In this document: positions 1 through 8,900 of the stretch, in pieces
Numbering within the stretch: the stretch's first letter is position 1
How the letters are laid out: the number at the start of each line of letters is the position of its first letter
NCBI GenBank assembly: GCA_054661495.1
Contig: BAAFSQ010000072.1
Coordinates: 1-32,000 of the forward strand
Length of the DNA stretch: 32,000 nucleotides
Direction of reading: 5' to 3'
Origin: Zygophlyctis sp. KS116
Lineage: Eukaryota > Fungi > Chytridiomycota
Position numbers and translations under genes: made by a program
Notes under the pieces: model-generated
What the model was told of the DNA's origin: nothing
What the model saw: the letters and a program-made list of their open reading frames with translations, nothing else
Database searches by the model: none

Positions 1-135
1 AATTTCAGAATTTACAGTAACTTGTTCCAACTCTTCTTTTGAATCTTTTTCTGCTTCTCTAGTCCATTTATTGAGTTGAGAGACAAAATCTGAATACTCG
101 ACAGCATTTTGTCTTATTTGTGCTGCAATTTCCAT
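1..135 (-). CDS. RPAP3: RPAP3-like (R2TP co-chaperone) protein, 5' part, runs off the window start
   Basis: ATG at 135 gives MEIAAQIRQNAVEYSDFVSQLNKWTREAEKDSKE, matching the RPAP3 N-terminal pattern (Q-[IV]-[RK]-QNAxE-x-x-DF-x-x-x-L-x-x-W) as I recall it. Not in the ORF track because it is truncated. Confidence 0.65.
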   Translation of the reverse strand, partial: MEIAAQIRQNAVEYSDFVSQLNKWTREAEKDSKEELEQVTVNSEI

Positions 136-213
136 TTTAATTTTAAATTTATCAGTCAAATTCTTGTAAATTCTAATTGTTCTTGTACTTTTTTTAAAAT
201 AGTAAATATATTT

Positions 214-750
214 CTAAAGAGACAGTTTCTCTTTAACAAACATTATTCCATGTCTTTTTTCAAAATCCTCTAAATCCTCTAATTCCTTGACATTTAAAGA
301 ATTATCTGTAGAAACTAGAGATTCTCTAAACGCTCTCTCTAGTACTAGAGATCCTCTAATTTTCTGAATATTTCTAAATAGTAGAAACGATATTCCTAAT
401 TCTAAAAGAATATTTATAGGATCTGGGCCTAAAGAACTGATTGGTAATAGTAAAAAGTATATACTAGACTTGAGAATCAAGGATTTAGAATTGATTTTCC
501 TTAATTTTGACAATTCTCTAGATAATAGATTTTCAGGAAGAGAATGAATTAGAATAATTTCTCTAGTTTTTAGAGAAATTCCTCTAAGAAAATCCAAATT
601 GTCCGTTGATCTTACTTTTAGATAGTATTTAGAAAAAATGTAGTTGCAGATTAGAGATGTTTTCTGGAATTTGGTTTTAGGAATTAGATATTGAGAGAAA
701 ATGGTTGTTTTTCCGTGGCCTGGGATGCAATAGAGTTTTTGAATGGTCAT
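214..750 (-). CDS. Hypothetical intronless 178-aa protein with a degenerate P-loop-like motif
   Basis: 537-nt stop-free ATG..TAG frame in very AT-rich DNA, fitting between neighbouring genes. N-terminal LYCIPGHGKTT resembles Walker A; IILIHSL resembles a degenerate Walker B. Confidence 0.55.
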   Translation of the reverse strand: MTIQKLYCIPGHGKTTIFSQYLIPKTKFQKTSLICNYIFSKYYLKVRSTDNLDFLRGISLKTREIILIHSLPENLLSRELSKLRKINSKSLILKSSIYFLLLPISSLGPDPINILLELGISFLLFRNIQKIRGSLVLERAFRESLVSTDNSLNVKELEDLEDFEKRHGIMFVKEKLSL

Positions 751-799
751 TTCTAATTAATATTAGTTCTAATTGGATTTTACTTTTTAAAGTTGACCC

Positions 800-930
800 C
801 TTGCATTGTCCGCCACTCACTCAGTCCCATTGTCCCACAGTCCCTCTGTCCATGCATGCCCATAGTCAAAGTTGCGTGTTTACTTTTAGTGTGTCGTCAG
901 TCAGTCGCACAGCCAGTCGCACAGTCAGTA
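800..930. promoter_or_regulatory. Divergent promoter region (orphan ORF / VMS1) with short CAGTC/TGTCC repeats
   Basis: GC-enriched intergenic patch. CATTGTCC occurs twice; CAGTCGCACAG occurs at 902-912 and 914-924 (12-bp period). Confidence 0.5.
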
Positions 931-954
931 TACAAATAGAATCAATACAAAAGA

Positions 955-2598
955 ATGAATTGCCAACAGTGCGGATTAGAATTCTCAAGTCTACAGGAAC
1001 AGCGATCTCATTTCAAGACTGAATTTCATCAATATAATCTAAAAAGAAGGTTAAAGGGACTAGAAGGGATTTCAATTCAAGATTATAATGTTTTGGCGGA
1101 TGATTTAGAAAGTTTAGAGTCGCAGGACTCTGAAGAAGATCAAGAAGACTCTGAAAAGGATGGAGATATTTTAATTCTTAGAAATAATCCATTCAAGATT
1201 ATTAAACATGATTCTAATTTCTACAAAACTTTCAAGATTTTGAATTTAGATGAAATATCTCTAGGTAAAATACTCAATAAGGAATATAATTGGGTGATTT
1301 TAATGATGGCATCTGGGCATTTTGCTGGTGGGGTTTTTGATCCAGATGGGAATGTCAAAGTTTCAAAGACGTTTCATAGATATACTACTAGAAGAAAGCA
1401 AGGTGGGGCTCAGTCAGGAAAAGATAATACTGGGAAAATGGCAAAAAGTGCTGGAAGTACTTTAAGAAGGTATAATGAAGCTGCATTAAAGGTATTTTAT
1501 TAATTTTTTAGAAAAATATAGGACGAAGTACAAGAACTTTTGAAAAGTTGGAAATCATACATTTTACAAGCACAATTTATATTTATAAGAGCAAAAAATT
1601 CTAATAGAGCTATTCTGAATTTTGATTCAAAAGTGTTGGATTTAAAGGATGAACGAATTAAAAATATACCTTTTACTACAAAAAGGCCTACAATAGATGA
1701 AGTTAAAAGGTGTTTTAAAGAACTTTTGCCGCAGGTTATTGATTCAGCTGAATTGGAGGATTTAATGGATCATGTTGATCAAGTTGATAATGAACAAGAC
1801 CAAGACATATCCATGCAAGACTTATCAATTAAAGATTTACAATCACAGGATGTATCAAGTCTGGAATTGTCCAAAGAAGTAAAAGATAAAGTCACGACAG
1901 AGGTTAAAGTAGAAAAAGATGCAGAATCAAAGACTTTTGATCGTGTGGCAGATATGATTAGGAGAGGGAAACTAAATCTTGTGATTAGTCAACTGAATAC
2001 AAATCCGTTTTTGGCTGGTATGTATGACGAAGAAGGAAATAGTCTTTTACATTTATCTGCGATTGCTGATCAGTCTGAAATTGTGACATTTTTACTAGAA
2101 TTTGGTCTAGATGGCACGTTTCAAAACTTTAAAAGGCAGACTCCTTACCAAGTTTCATCATCAAAGTCTGTCAGAGATACATTTAGAAGATTTATTGCAT
2201 ATAATTCTCCTTCTTGGGATATCTCTTCTTCATTTATACCAGAACCTCTAACAAGAGAAATGGAAGAAAAGCAAAAAGCAAAAGCAAAACAAAAAAGGTC
2301 TAGAAAGAAATCAGCTAATCCGCCATCAGAAGAGGTTATAGAATCTGTTGAGAAGGTAAAAGATGATCCAAAAATTACAAGAGGCTCATTGCCTAGATTG
2401 GGAATATCAATGATGAATTCTGTGGCAATGAGTCCTGAAGCACGGATAAAGCTTGATCGCCAAAAGCGAGCAATGGCTGCAGAAAGAAGAATTAGTCCAA
2501 AAAAATGTTCACATTGCGGCTCAGATTGTACACTTGATTATTTTGAAAAGAACAATCTCATGTTCTGTAGCACTAAATGCATAAGAGATTCGCGTTAG
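955..2598 (+). CDS. VMS1: Vms1/ANKZF1 ribosome quality control factor (2 exons; intron 1492-1521)
   Basis: N-terminal C2H2 zinc finger; VLRF1 motif KTFHRYTTRRKQGGAQS; ankyrin repeats; VIM-like RQKRAMAAERR; C-terminal CxxC..FCSxxC. Removing the 30-nt GT-AG intron gives NEAALK|DEVQELLKSW. Confidence 0.95.
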
Positions 2599-2614
2599 CA
2601 AAGCTAGTAAAAAA

Positions 2615-5562
2615 ATGTCTAAACCACGTCGTGCATATCCAACGCCTTCTTATCTCCAATCAAGTATAGCTAACCAGCAGCCTGTTGGTGAAGCTCCATC
2701 CGTCCCTCTGTACTCTCCAACATCCCAGACAGCTGCTATTGACCAGTCGCAGTATTATCAGCAGATGCAGCAGCCCGGATATCAACAGTCGCAAAGTTAT
2801 CAGCAACAGCAATATCAGCAACCGCAGTATCAGCAGTCCCAACAAAGCTACCAGCAGCCTCTGAATCAACAGCCGCAGCAACAAATATATCAGTCTGGGT
2901 ATCAGCAACCTACTGAACAGCAGCAAGCTGTAGATGGCATTTCTCAAGGAGTCGCTGGTCTGGGAATAAGTCCTCAAAGTTCGACAGTATTCAATTTACA
3001 GTCTGCAGTGCCTCCAGTGAATGAATTATTGGATTTTCCTGGGCCAAAAATAGGTTTGAATGTAATATTATATGTTCAAAGAGCATATTTCCTAATGCAT
3101 ATTAATCATTCGTATGATTATTATGCATTTTTATTTGAATTAACGGAAAGTATATATTTTCAGAGAGTGTCATGGCTAATTCAAGTGCAAAATACAAAAG
3201 ATGTACGGTAAACTCTATTCCGAATTCTGCCGCTCTTTTCAATAGATGCAAATTGCCAATGGGATTAATTTTGGTTCCTTTTAGAAATCAAATGCCAAAT
3301 GAGGCACCGATACCTCTAGTTAGTTCACCTCAGATTGTTAGATGTAGGCGGTGTAGAACATACATTAATCCATTTGTGACATTTATTGAGCAGGGGACTC
3401 GTTGGAAATGTAATATGTGCTTTTTAGGGAATGAAGGTAACCATAATATAATTAAATCAAGTTCCATCATTTTTTGATTGGGATCCTCAGACTAATCAGC
3501 GTGTAGATAGAAAGCAAAGACCAGAGCTTTGCTATGGTGTGATTGATTTTGTTGCTCCGCAAGAATATATGGTAATTTTGAGTTTATGTTTTATAAATAG
3601 GTTCGACCACCCCAACCAGTCGTGCTTCTCTTTGTAATTGATGTATCTTATGCAGCAATACAGTCTGGGATGTTGACAATTGCTGCACATTCTATCCTAA
3701 GCTCATTGGATAGAATAATGAATGCGGACGATAGGACACGCATTGGTTTCATCACGGTTGACCGTCTTTATCACTTTTATAATCTAGATGTATTTTTTTC
3801 TATTAATATTATTTAGGATTCTTCAGACGAGCCTCAGATGATGGTTATTGCTGACGCGGATGAGGAGCCATACCTGCCTCTTCCGTCTGACTTACTTGTT
3901 CCTTTATCTGACAACAGGCAATGCATTGAGAATTTTTTGACTCGACTTCCTAATATATTTAGGGATAATAAAGAAACTCAAAATAATCTAGGGGCTGCTC
4001 TTAGTGCTGGACAGAAACTTTTGTCATCTATCGGTGGTAAAATCATTATACTTCAGGCATCGCTTCCTAGTGCGGGACCAGGGGCTTTAAAAGTTCGAGA
4101 AGATGCAAAGTCTTTAGGAACACCAAAAGAAACAGCGCTGTTGCAGCCATCAATAAATTTCTATAAAAACTTTGCGGTAGATTGCTCACCTCTGCAAATT
4201 TCAATCGATGTATTCTTGTTTGGACCCAATTATGCGGATGTCGCAACTTTAAGTGGGTGCACTAGATTTAGCGGAGGGTCATTGTATTATTATTCGAATT
4301 TCTTGGGCTCAAGATATGAGGACTCTGTGAAATTTGGAACTGAATTAATGCATTTGCTCACGCGCCCGTTAGGTTTAGAAGCGGTACTGCGAGTACGTGC
4401 ATCTAAAGGAATCAAAATTACATCTTTTCATGGAAACTTTTTCCTTAGATCCACAGATCTTCTTGCAGTACCTAATGTAAATCCGGACAACTGTTATTGT
4501 GCGGAAATGGTTGTAACAGAAAATATCAACTCTAGTACCGCGTGTTTTCAGACTGCATTGCTCCATACCAGTAGCTCAGGAGAACGTCGAATAAGAGTAC
4601 TGACACTAGCAGTTCCACTAACATCTCATATAAACGAAGTATTTTCTTCTGCTGATCAATCTGCAATGACGGCGCTTTTGGCAAAAAAGGGTATGTTAAT
4701 TTTAACCAACGTTAGCCATTGATAGATCTTTGACAACCAAATTGGACGACGCTAGAGAAGCATTAGAATATAAACTGGCTGAAATTATAGCCGTATATAG
4801 AAGCCTTTTCAAATCTTCTGGGCAGGGAGAAATGCTTATTCTCCCTAATAATTTGAAATTTCTGCCTATACTCATTTTGGGTCTTTTGAAGAATGTATGA
4901 TTAATTCTTTAATATTCTTAGATCTCTCTTCGAGCCACTAGCTCCATACCAACAGACCTGCGCTCATTTTACATGAATACTTTATATGTTATGCCTACTG
5001 AATGGATCATGACCAACGTTTATCCAAGATTTTGGCCTGTTCACGTTCTTACTGAAAACCCATCTGTATGATTTTTGTATATAGTTTAAATTAAAGTATG
5101 GGGAATTATCTGATTATGATGGGCCTATTTTCCCTGAAAGACTTACTGCCAGCAGTGAACATATTGAGCGTACTGGGATCTATCTTTTGGATAATGGAAT
5201 GGAAATCTTTTTGTGGGTTGGCAAAGGAGTCGATAGAGAACTATGCATTTCTTTCTTCGACACTACTTATGAGAATCTAGTTTCTGGAAAGGTATTTGTC
5301 CGAAATTAACGCATAGTTTAATCTCACAAAGTCTGAAAATGAATTATCTGCTCGACTTTGCAACCTCATCGATCACATTCGTACTGTTAGGCTCTATCAG
5401 AATTCTGGATATCCACTTATATACTTGGTAAAGGAAGATGGCGACCCTGGAATGAAAATGTGGTTTTTGTCACATTTGATTCACGATCGTTTTGAATCTA
5501 TCCCCTCTTATCATCAGTTCATATCTCTATTGAGAGATTCTGTTGGAAAGATATCCGTTTAA
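2615..5562 (+). CDS. SEC24: COPII coat subunit Sec24 (9 exons, about 889 aa)
   Basis: Zinc finger [18 protein letters not shown]; vWA trunk LFVIDVS; [11 protein letters not shown]; GERRIRV; gelsolin-like C-terminus. Introns 3062-3150, 3437-3461, 3572-3600, 3790-3816, 4691-4715, 4895-4921, 5066-5096, 5292-5316 give one frame ending TAA at 5560-5562. Intron 1 boundaries are less certain. Confidence 0.95.
2745..2930 (+). repeat. Low-complexity Q/Y/P coding repeat (TATCAGCA-type units) in the Sec24 N-terminus
   Basis: Repeated YQQ units: [28 protein letters not shown]. Confidence 0.8.
3062..3150 (+). other. Atypically long (89 nt) SEC24 intron containing a 16-bp hairpin
   Basis: GTAATA donor, TTAAC branch, AAG acceptor. 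AATGCATATTAATCAT (3094-3109) pairs 15/16 with ATGATTATTATGCATT (3114-3129) around a 4-nt loop. Confidence 0.7.
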
Positions 5563-5596
5563 AAATAATATACTTTACCCTAACTCATCGATTTGT

Positions 5597-7706
5597 ATGA
5601 GACGTTGTAGCTCCTCTGTTCTCTCTGAGCGATCAGTTATGTCAATTGACCGAAAGGATATACTTGCTGCTGATTATCCGAATGAATTATCCTTTGGGCT
5701 GAAAGAGATTGCCACGGGCCTGCGAGTTATTAAGACCAAAGAAGATATGGACACCGATGATGCACGCATTAAGCTCTTCTTTGATTCTGGTCAGATTGGA
5801 AGTGAAGTTTCATCTATTGCTCAAGATGATATAACGATTACTATCAAATATAAAGATAAAATCCATGCATTTAGATCTCTGGGAAGAATTCTGGGCTCAT
5901 CTTTTGAGACTGAAAGCTTCTCATGGATTGAAACCTTGCAGTTTGATACTCTGGGAGCGATGATTGATTGCTCAAGGGGAGCTGTACCAACCGTAGATGC
6001 ATTAATGGAATTAATTCGCTATATGGCATTAATGGGTCTAAACACATTACAATTGTATATGGAAGACACATATGAAATAGCCGATGAAGAATATTTTGGC
6101 CTTTTTAGAGGAGCGTACAACCATGAAGAACTAAAAGCGATTGATTGCTACGCTTGGGAGTTTGGGATAGAAGTTTGGCCGTGTATACAGGTGCAGATTA
6201 CATCCAGAAATTTATATGTAGGTGCTGGGACATTTAGGACAGGTACTTCAATGGCCTCGATTTGAAAAAATTAAAAATACCAGTGAAGTTCTTTTGGTAG
6301 GACTTCAAGAAACATATGTGTTCATAGAGAAGATGATTGACACATTGTCAGGGATTTTCAGATCTAAAAGGCTACATTTGGGAATGGATGAAGCTCAAGG
6401 AATTGGCGAAGCAATGTATAAAACTCTTTTCCAATCAAAAGATGCCAGTCAGATTTTTGTCGATCATCTTGTTGCTGTAAATGCTCTCTGTATCAGTCGA
6501 GGAATCATACCTTTTATTTGGTCTGACATGATATTCTCAGTTTCGGGAGGTGATTACTCATTGAAAGGATATTATGAAACTTCAGCTCCACTAGAATTGG
6601 CTTCAAAGCTCCCGAAAAACATTAATTTAGTGTATTGGGATTACTATCATGTCAAAGCTGAAGATTATATCAAAAAGATAAAGGACCATCGTGATTTAGG
6701 ATTTGAGCCGTGGGTAGCTGGTGGTATTTGGACTTGGAATCGATTAATAGTGTCTCTTCCTTTTACTTTTAAAGCATCTCAAGCACTTTTTGAAGCTTGT
6801 AAAAATGAGAAAATCAGAAATGTGTTTGCAACTGTTTGGTATTTGTTTTCACGCTTATAACCATAGGGGAGACGATGGTAACGAATACGACCTCTTTTCA
6901 ATCTTACCCGGACTTCAATACTTTGCTGAGCAAGGCTACACAGCAGATAATAAAATCGAAGAAAATTTATTGCGGAGTAATTTTAGAGGCATCTGCGGTG
7001 GAAATATTGATGATTGGGTATAATCCTACATTATTTAATTTGCAGATGGTTGCTAGTAGACTTGATAATCTTGATAGTGACTTGAAATCAGGAAACGAAG
7101 GATTCCCTTCTAACATTTCAAAATGGATTCTCTGGCAAGACCCAATTTATAGCCTATTTGAAGTTCAATATCAGAATCTTGATCTGGAACAACATTTTGA
7201 CAAGGTAAAAATTCCAGGATCAATATTAGATATATCATAAATTAAAAGAAGCATACAGGAGCCACATTTATCCATTAAATTCCAGATTAGAATTTCCTTG
7301 TTTATTAGCACTTGTTGTCAGAGACAAAGTGTTTCTTAGACATCATATTTTAGAAGCATTATCATCTTCAGAGCCTCGACTTCAGATATCTCGTTTTATC
7401 AAAGAACGTCTATTACCGTTACGAGCAAACTTTGATTCTCTTTGGAGGTTCCATAGAGATAACATTTGGTTATCTATTTATAAGCCTTTTGGATTAGAAA
7501 TTTTAGAATTAAAATATGGAGCGATCCGAACAAGACTTGAAACACTTTGTGATCGATTGGAAAAATATAGTAATGGATCAATAGAAACTTTATTGGAATT
7601 CTCGTATTCTAAACCTGTAAATCCAATTTATCCAGAAAAAGGAACTGATTTAATAATCGATTTTTCAAGAGCATTTACCCCCTCTAGGCGCCTTGGTACA
7701 GGATAA
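5597..7706 (+). CDS. GH20 beta-N-acetylhexosaminidase, GcnA/HexD-like (5 exons, about 665 aa)
   Basis: Motifs MIDCSRGAV, LYMEDTYE, PCIQ|VLGHL, catalytic HLGMDEA, YWDYYH, TVW|GDDGNE. Introns 6191-6221, 6839-6866, 7018-7045, 7205-7229. Confidence 0.9.
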
Positions 7707-8278
7707 CTAATTTTTCCTTAATACATTATCAAAAGTCACACCACCAACTGATCCTCCTCTCATTGATTTTGAAACATTTTGAGCAAACAAGCTCTTGTTT
7801 GATTTTAACACTTCTGCAGCAACTATATTCTTAAATAGCCTTACTTACCCTTATTAAGCGGATCATCTGCATTTGGTTCTAAAAACAGATATTGCAGACC
7901 GACTAGAATAGAATTTAAATTCAAGACTGGCTTCCAATCTTCCCTTAGAATATTTAAACAAACATTCCCTTCCAGATCAATATTTGGATGGTAAATCTTG
8001 TGTGCACAAGTAACTTTTGGTGGTTCATGAGGATAATTAGAATTAATCTTGAAATTGAATTTAAAGCTACCTGATTTATAAAATCCTTCATCGGGAGATA
8101 GATATAGCTCAAAAGAGAAAACATCATTTGGATCTGGAAAAACCAAATTCATTGTTCCTGGAAGTTTGTCCATATCCGATAAATCTTTTTGAATTCTAAT
8201 TTGTGCCGCAGAAGTCTTTGACTTTTTAGCCTCGGAGGAACCTCCGGCCTTCTTCTTGAGTGACATTATATTTAACAT
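7707..8278 (-). CDS. UBC12: NEDD8-conjugating enzyme Ubc12 (2 exons; intron 7823-7848)
   Basis: [11 protein letters not shown]; [25 protein letters not shown]; exon 2 [23 protein letters not shown]; stop at 7707-7709. Confidence 0.95.
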
Positions 8279-8416
8279 TTTTGAGATTTTTTAAGTTCCA
8301 GCCCTCGGCTAAATCCTGTTCCGAAGTAGAGCCAAGCACTTGAATTTTAACTGGTAAAACCAAGCACATAATTCCAAAAAAAGTATATTTGAAAGAAATC
8401 TAGAATTAAAAAGGTA

Positions 8417-8457
8417 TGATTGACAATATGCTAAAGTGATTGACAATATTGCTAAAG
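8417..8457 (+). repeat. Tandem 20/21-bp direct repeat TGATTGACAATA(T)TGCTAAAG in the UBC12/PIERCE divergent promoter
   Basis: Copies at 8417-8436 and 8437-8457 differ by one inserted T. Confidence 0.85.
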
Positions 8458-8485
8458 GCGGGACAGGTGTCGGAGATTTAACAAG

Positions 8486-8900
8486 ATGATCAATGATCCA
8501 TTTGCGATAGAGCCAACAAGGATAAACGTTCTTCAGTTGCCTCAGATACTAAAGGAAGTGCCAACTTTGGAAGCTTCAATTGAGAAAATTAAGAAATCTA
8601 TCGAGGATCTTGAATCTAAAAAGACTGCTGTAAGGAATGAGATAAAGTTGGTTAAATCCACCAAGAAAGCATTGCCGCAAAGATTTGAAGAGCCGGATAG
8701 ATGGAACTATCGGGTCAAAAATCAGCATTTAATGTATACAACAACCACCAATCAGTATGGCTTCAATAAACCTACAAAGCATGATATGCCTGAAGTATTT
8801 AATGGAAAATCTTCTAAATTCTCAGAGGTAAATAATAATTATTAAGCTTTAGCAATTGAATTCGGCAGGTCCATACAGAAATCATTCATTAAATATTTAA
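8486..8900 (+). CDS. PIERCE1: PIERCE1/2-like (DUF4490) ciliary microtubule inner protein (2 exons; intron 8828-8852)
   Basis: The C-terminus YTTTTNQYGFNKPTKHDMPEVFNGKSSKFSE|QLNSAGPYRNHSLNI matches the family pattern YxTTxxxYGxxxPTxHxMPxxFxxxSxKFS..RNxxLN. Confidence 0.8.

Noticed and set aside
214-790. Transposon or satellite in the CTAG-rich stretch
   Set aside because: No terminal repeats, target-site duplication, periodic unit or transposase/RT motif; an intact ORF explains the region better.
705-1022. 105-aa plus-strand ORF
   Set aside because: It spans the repeat-containing promoter, overlaps VMS1 out of frame and has no recognisable features.
2660-2977. Leu-rich minus-strand ORF
   Set aside because: Antisense shadow of the Sec24 CAG/CAA-rich repeat.
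3062-3163. Two tiny introns with a microexon instead of one long intron
   Set aside because: The combinations I tried hit stop codons or lacked a plausible in-phase acceptor.
8417-8457. TTGACA as a bacterial -35 box, or the repeat as a CRISPR array
   Set aside because: The context is intron-rich eukaryotic DNA, and there are only two adjacent copies with no spacers.
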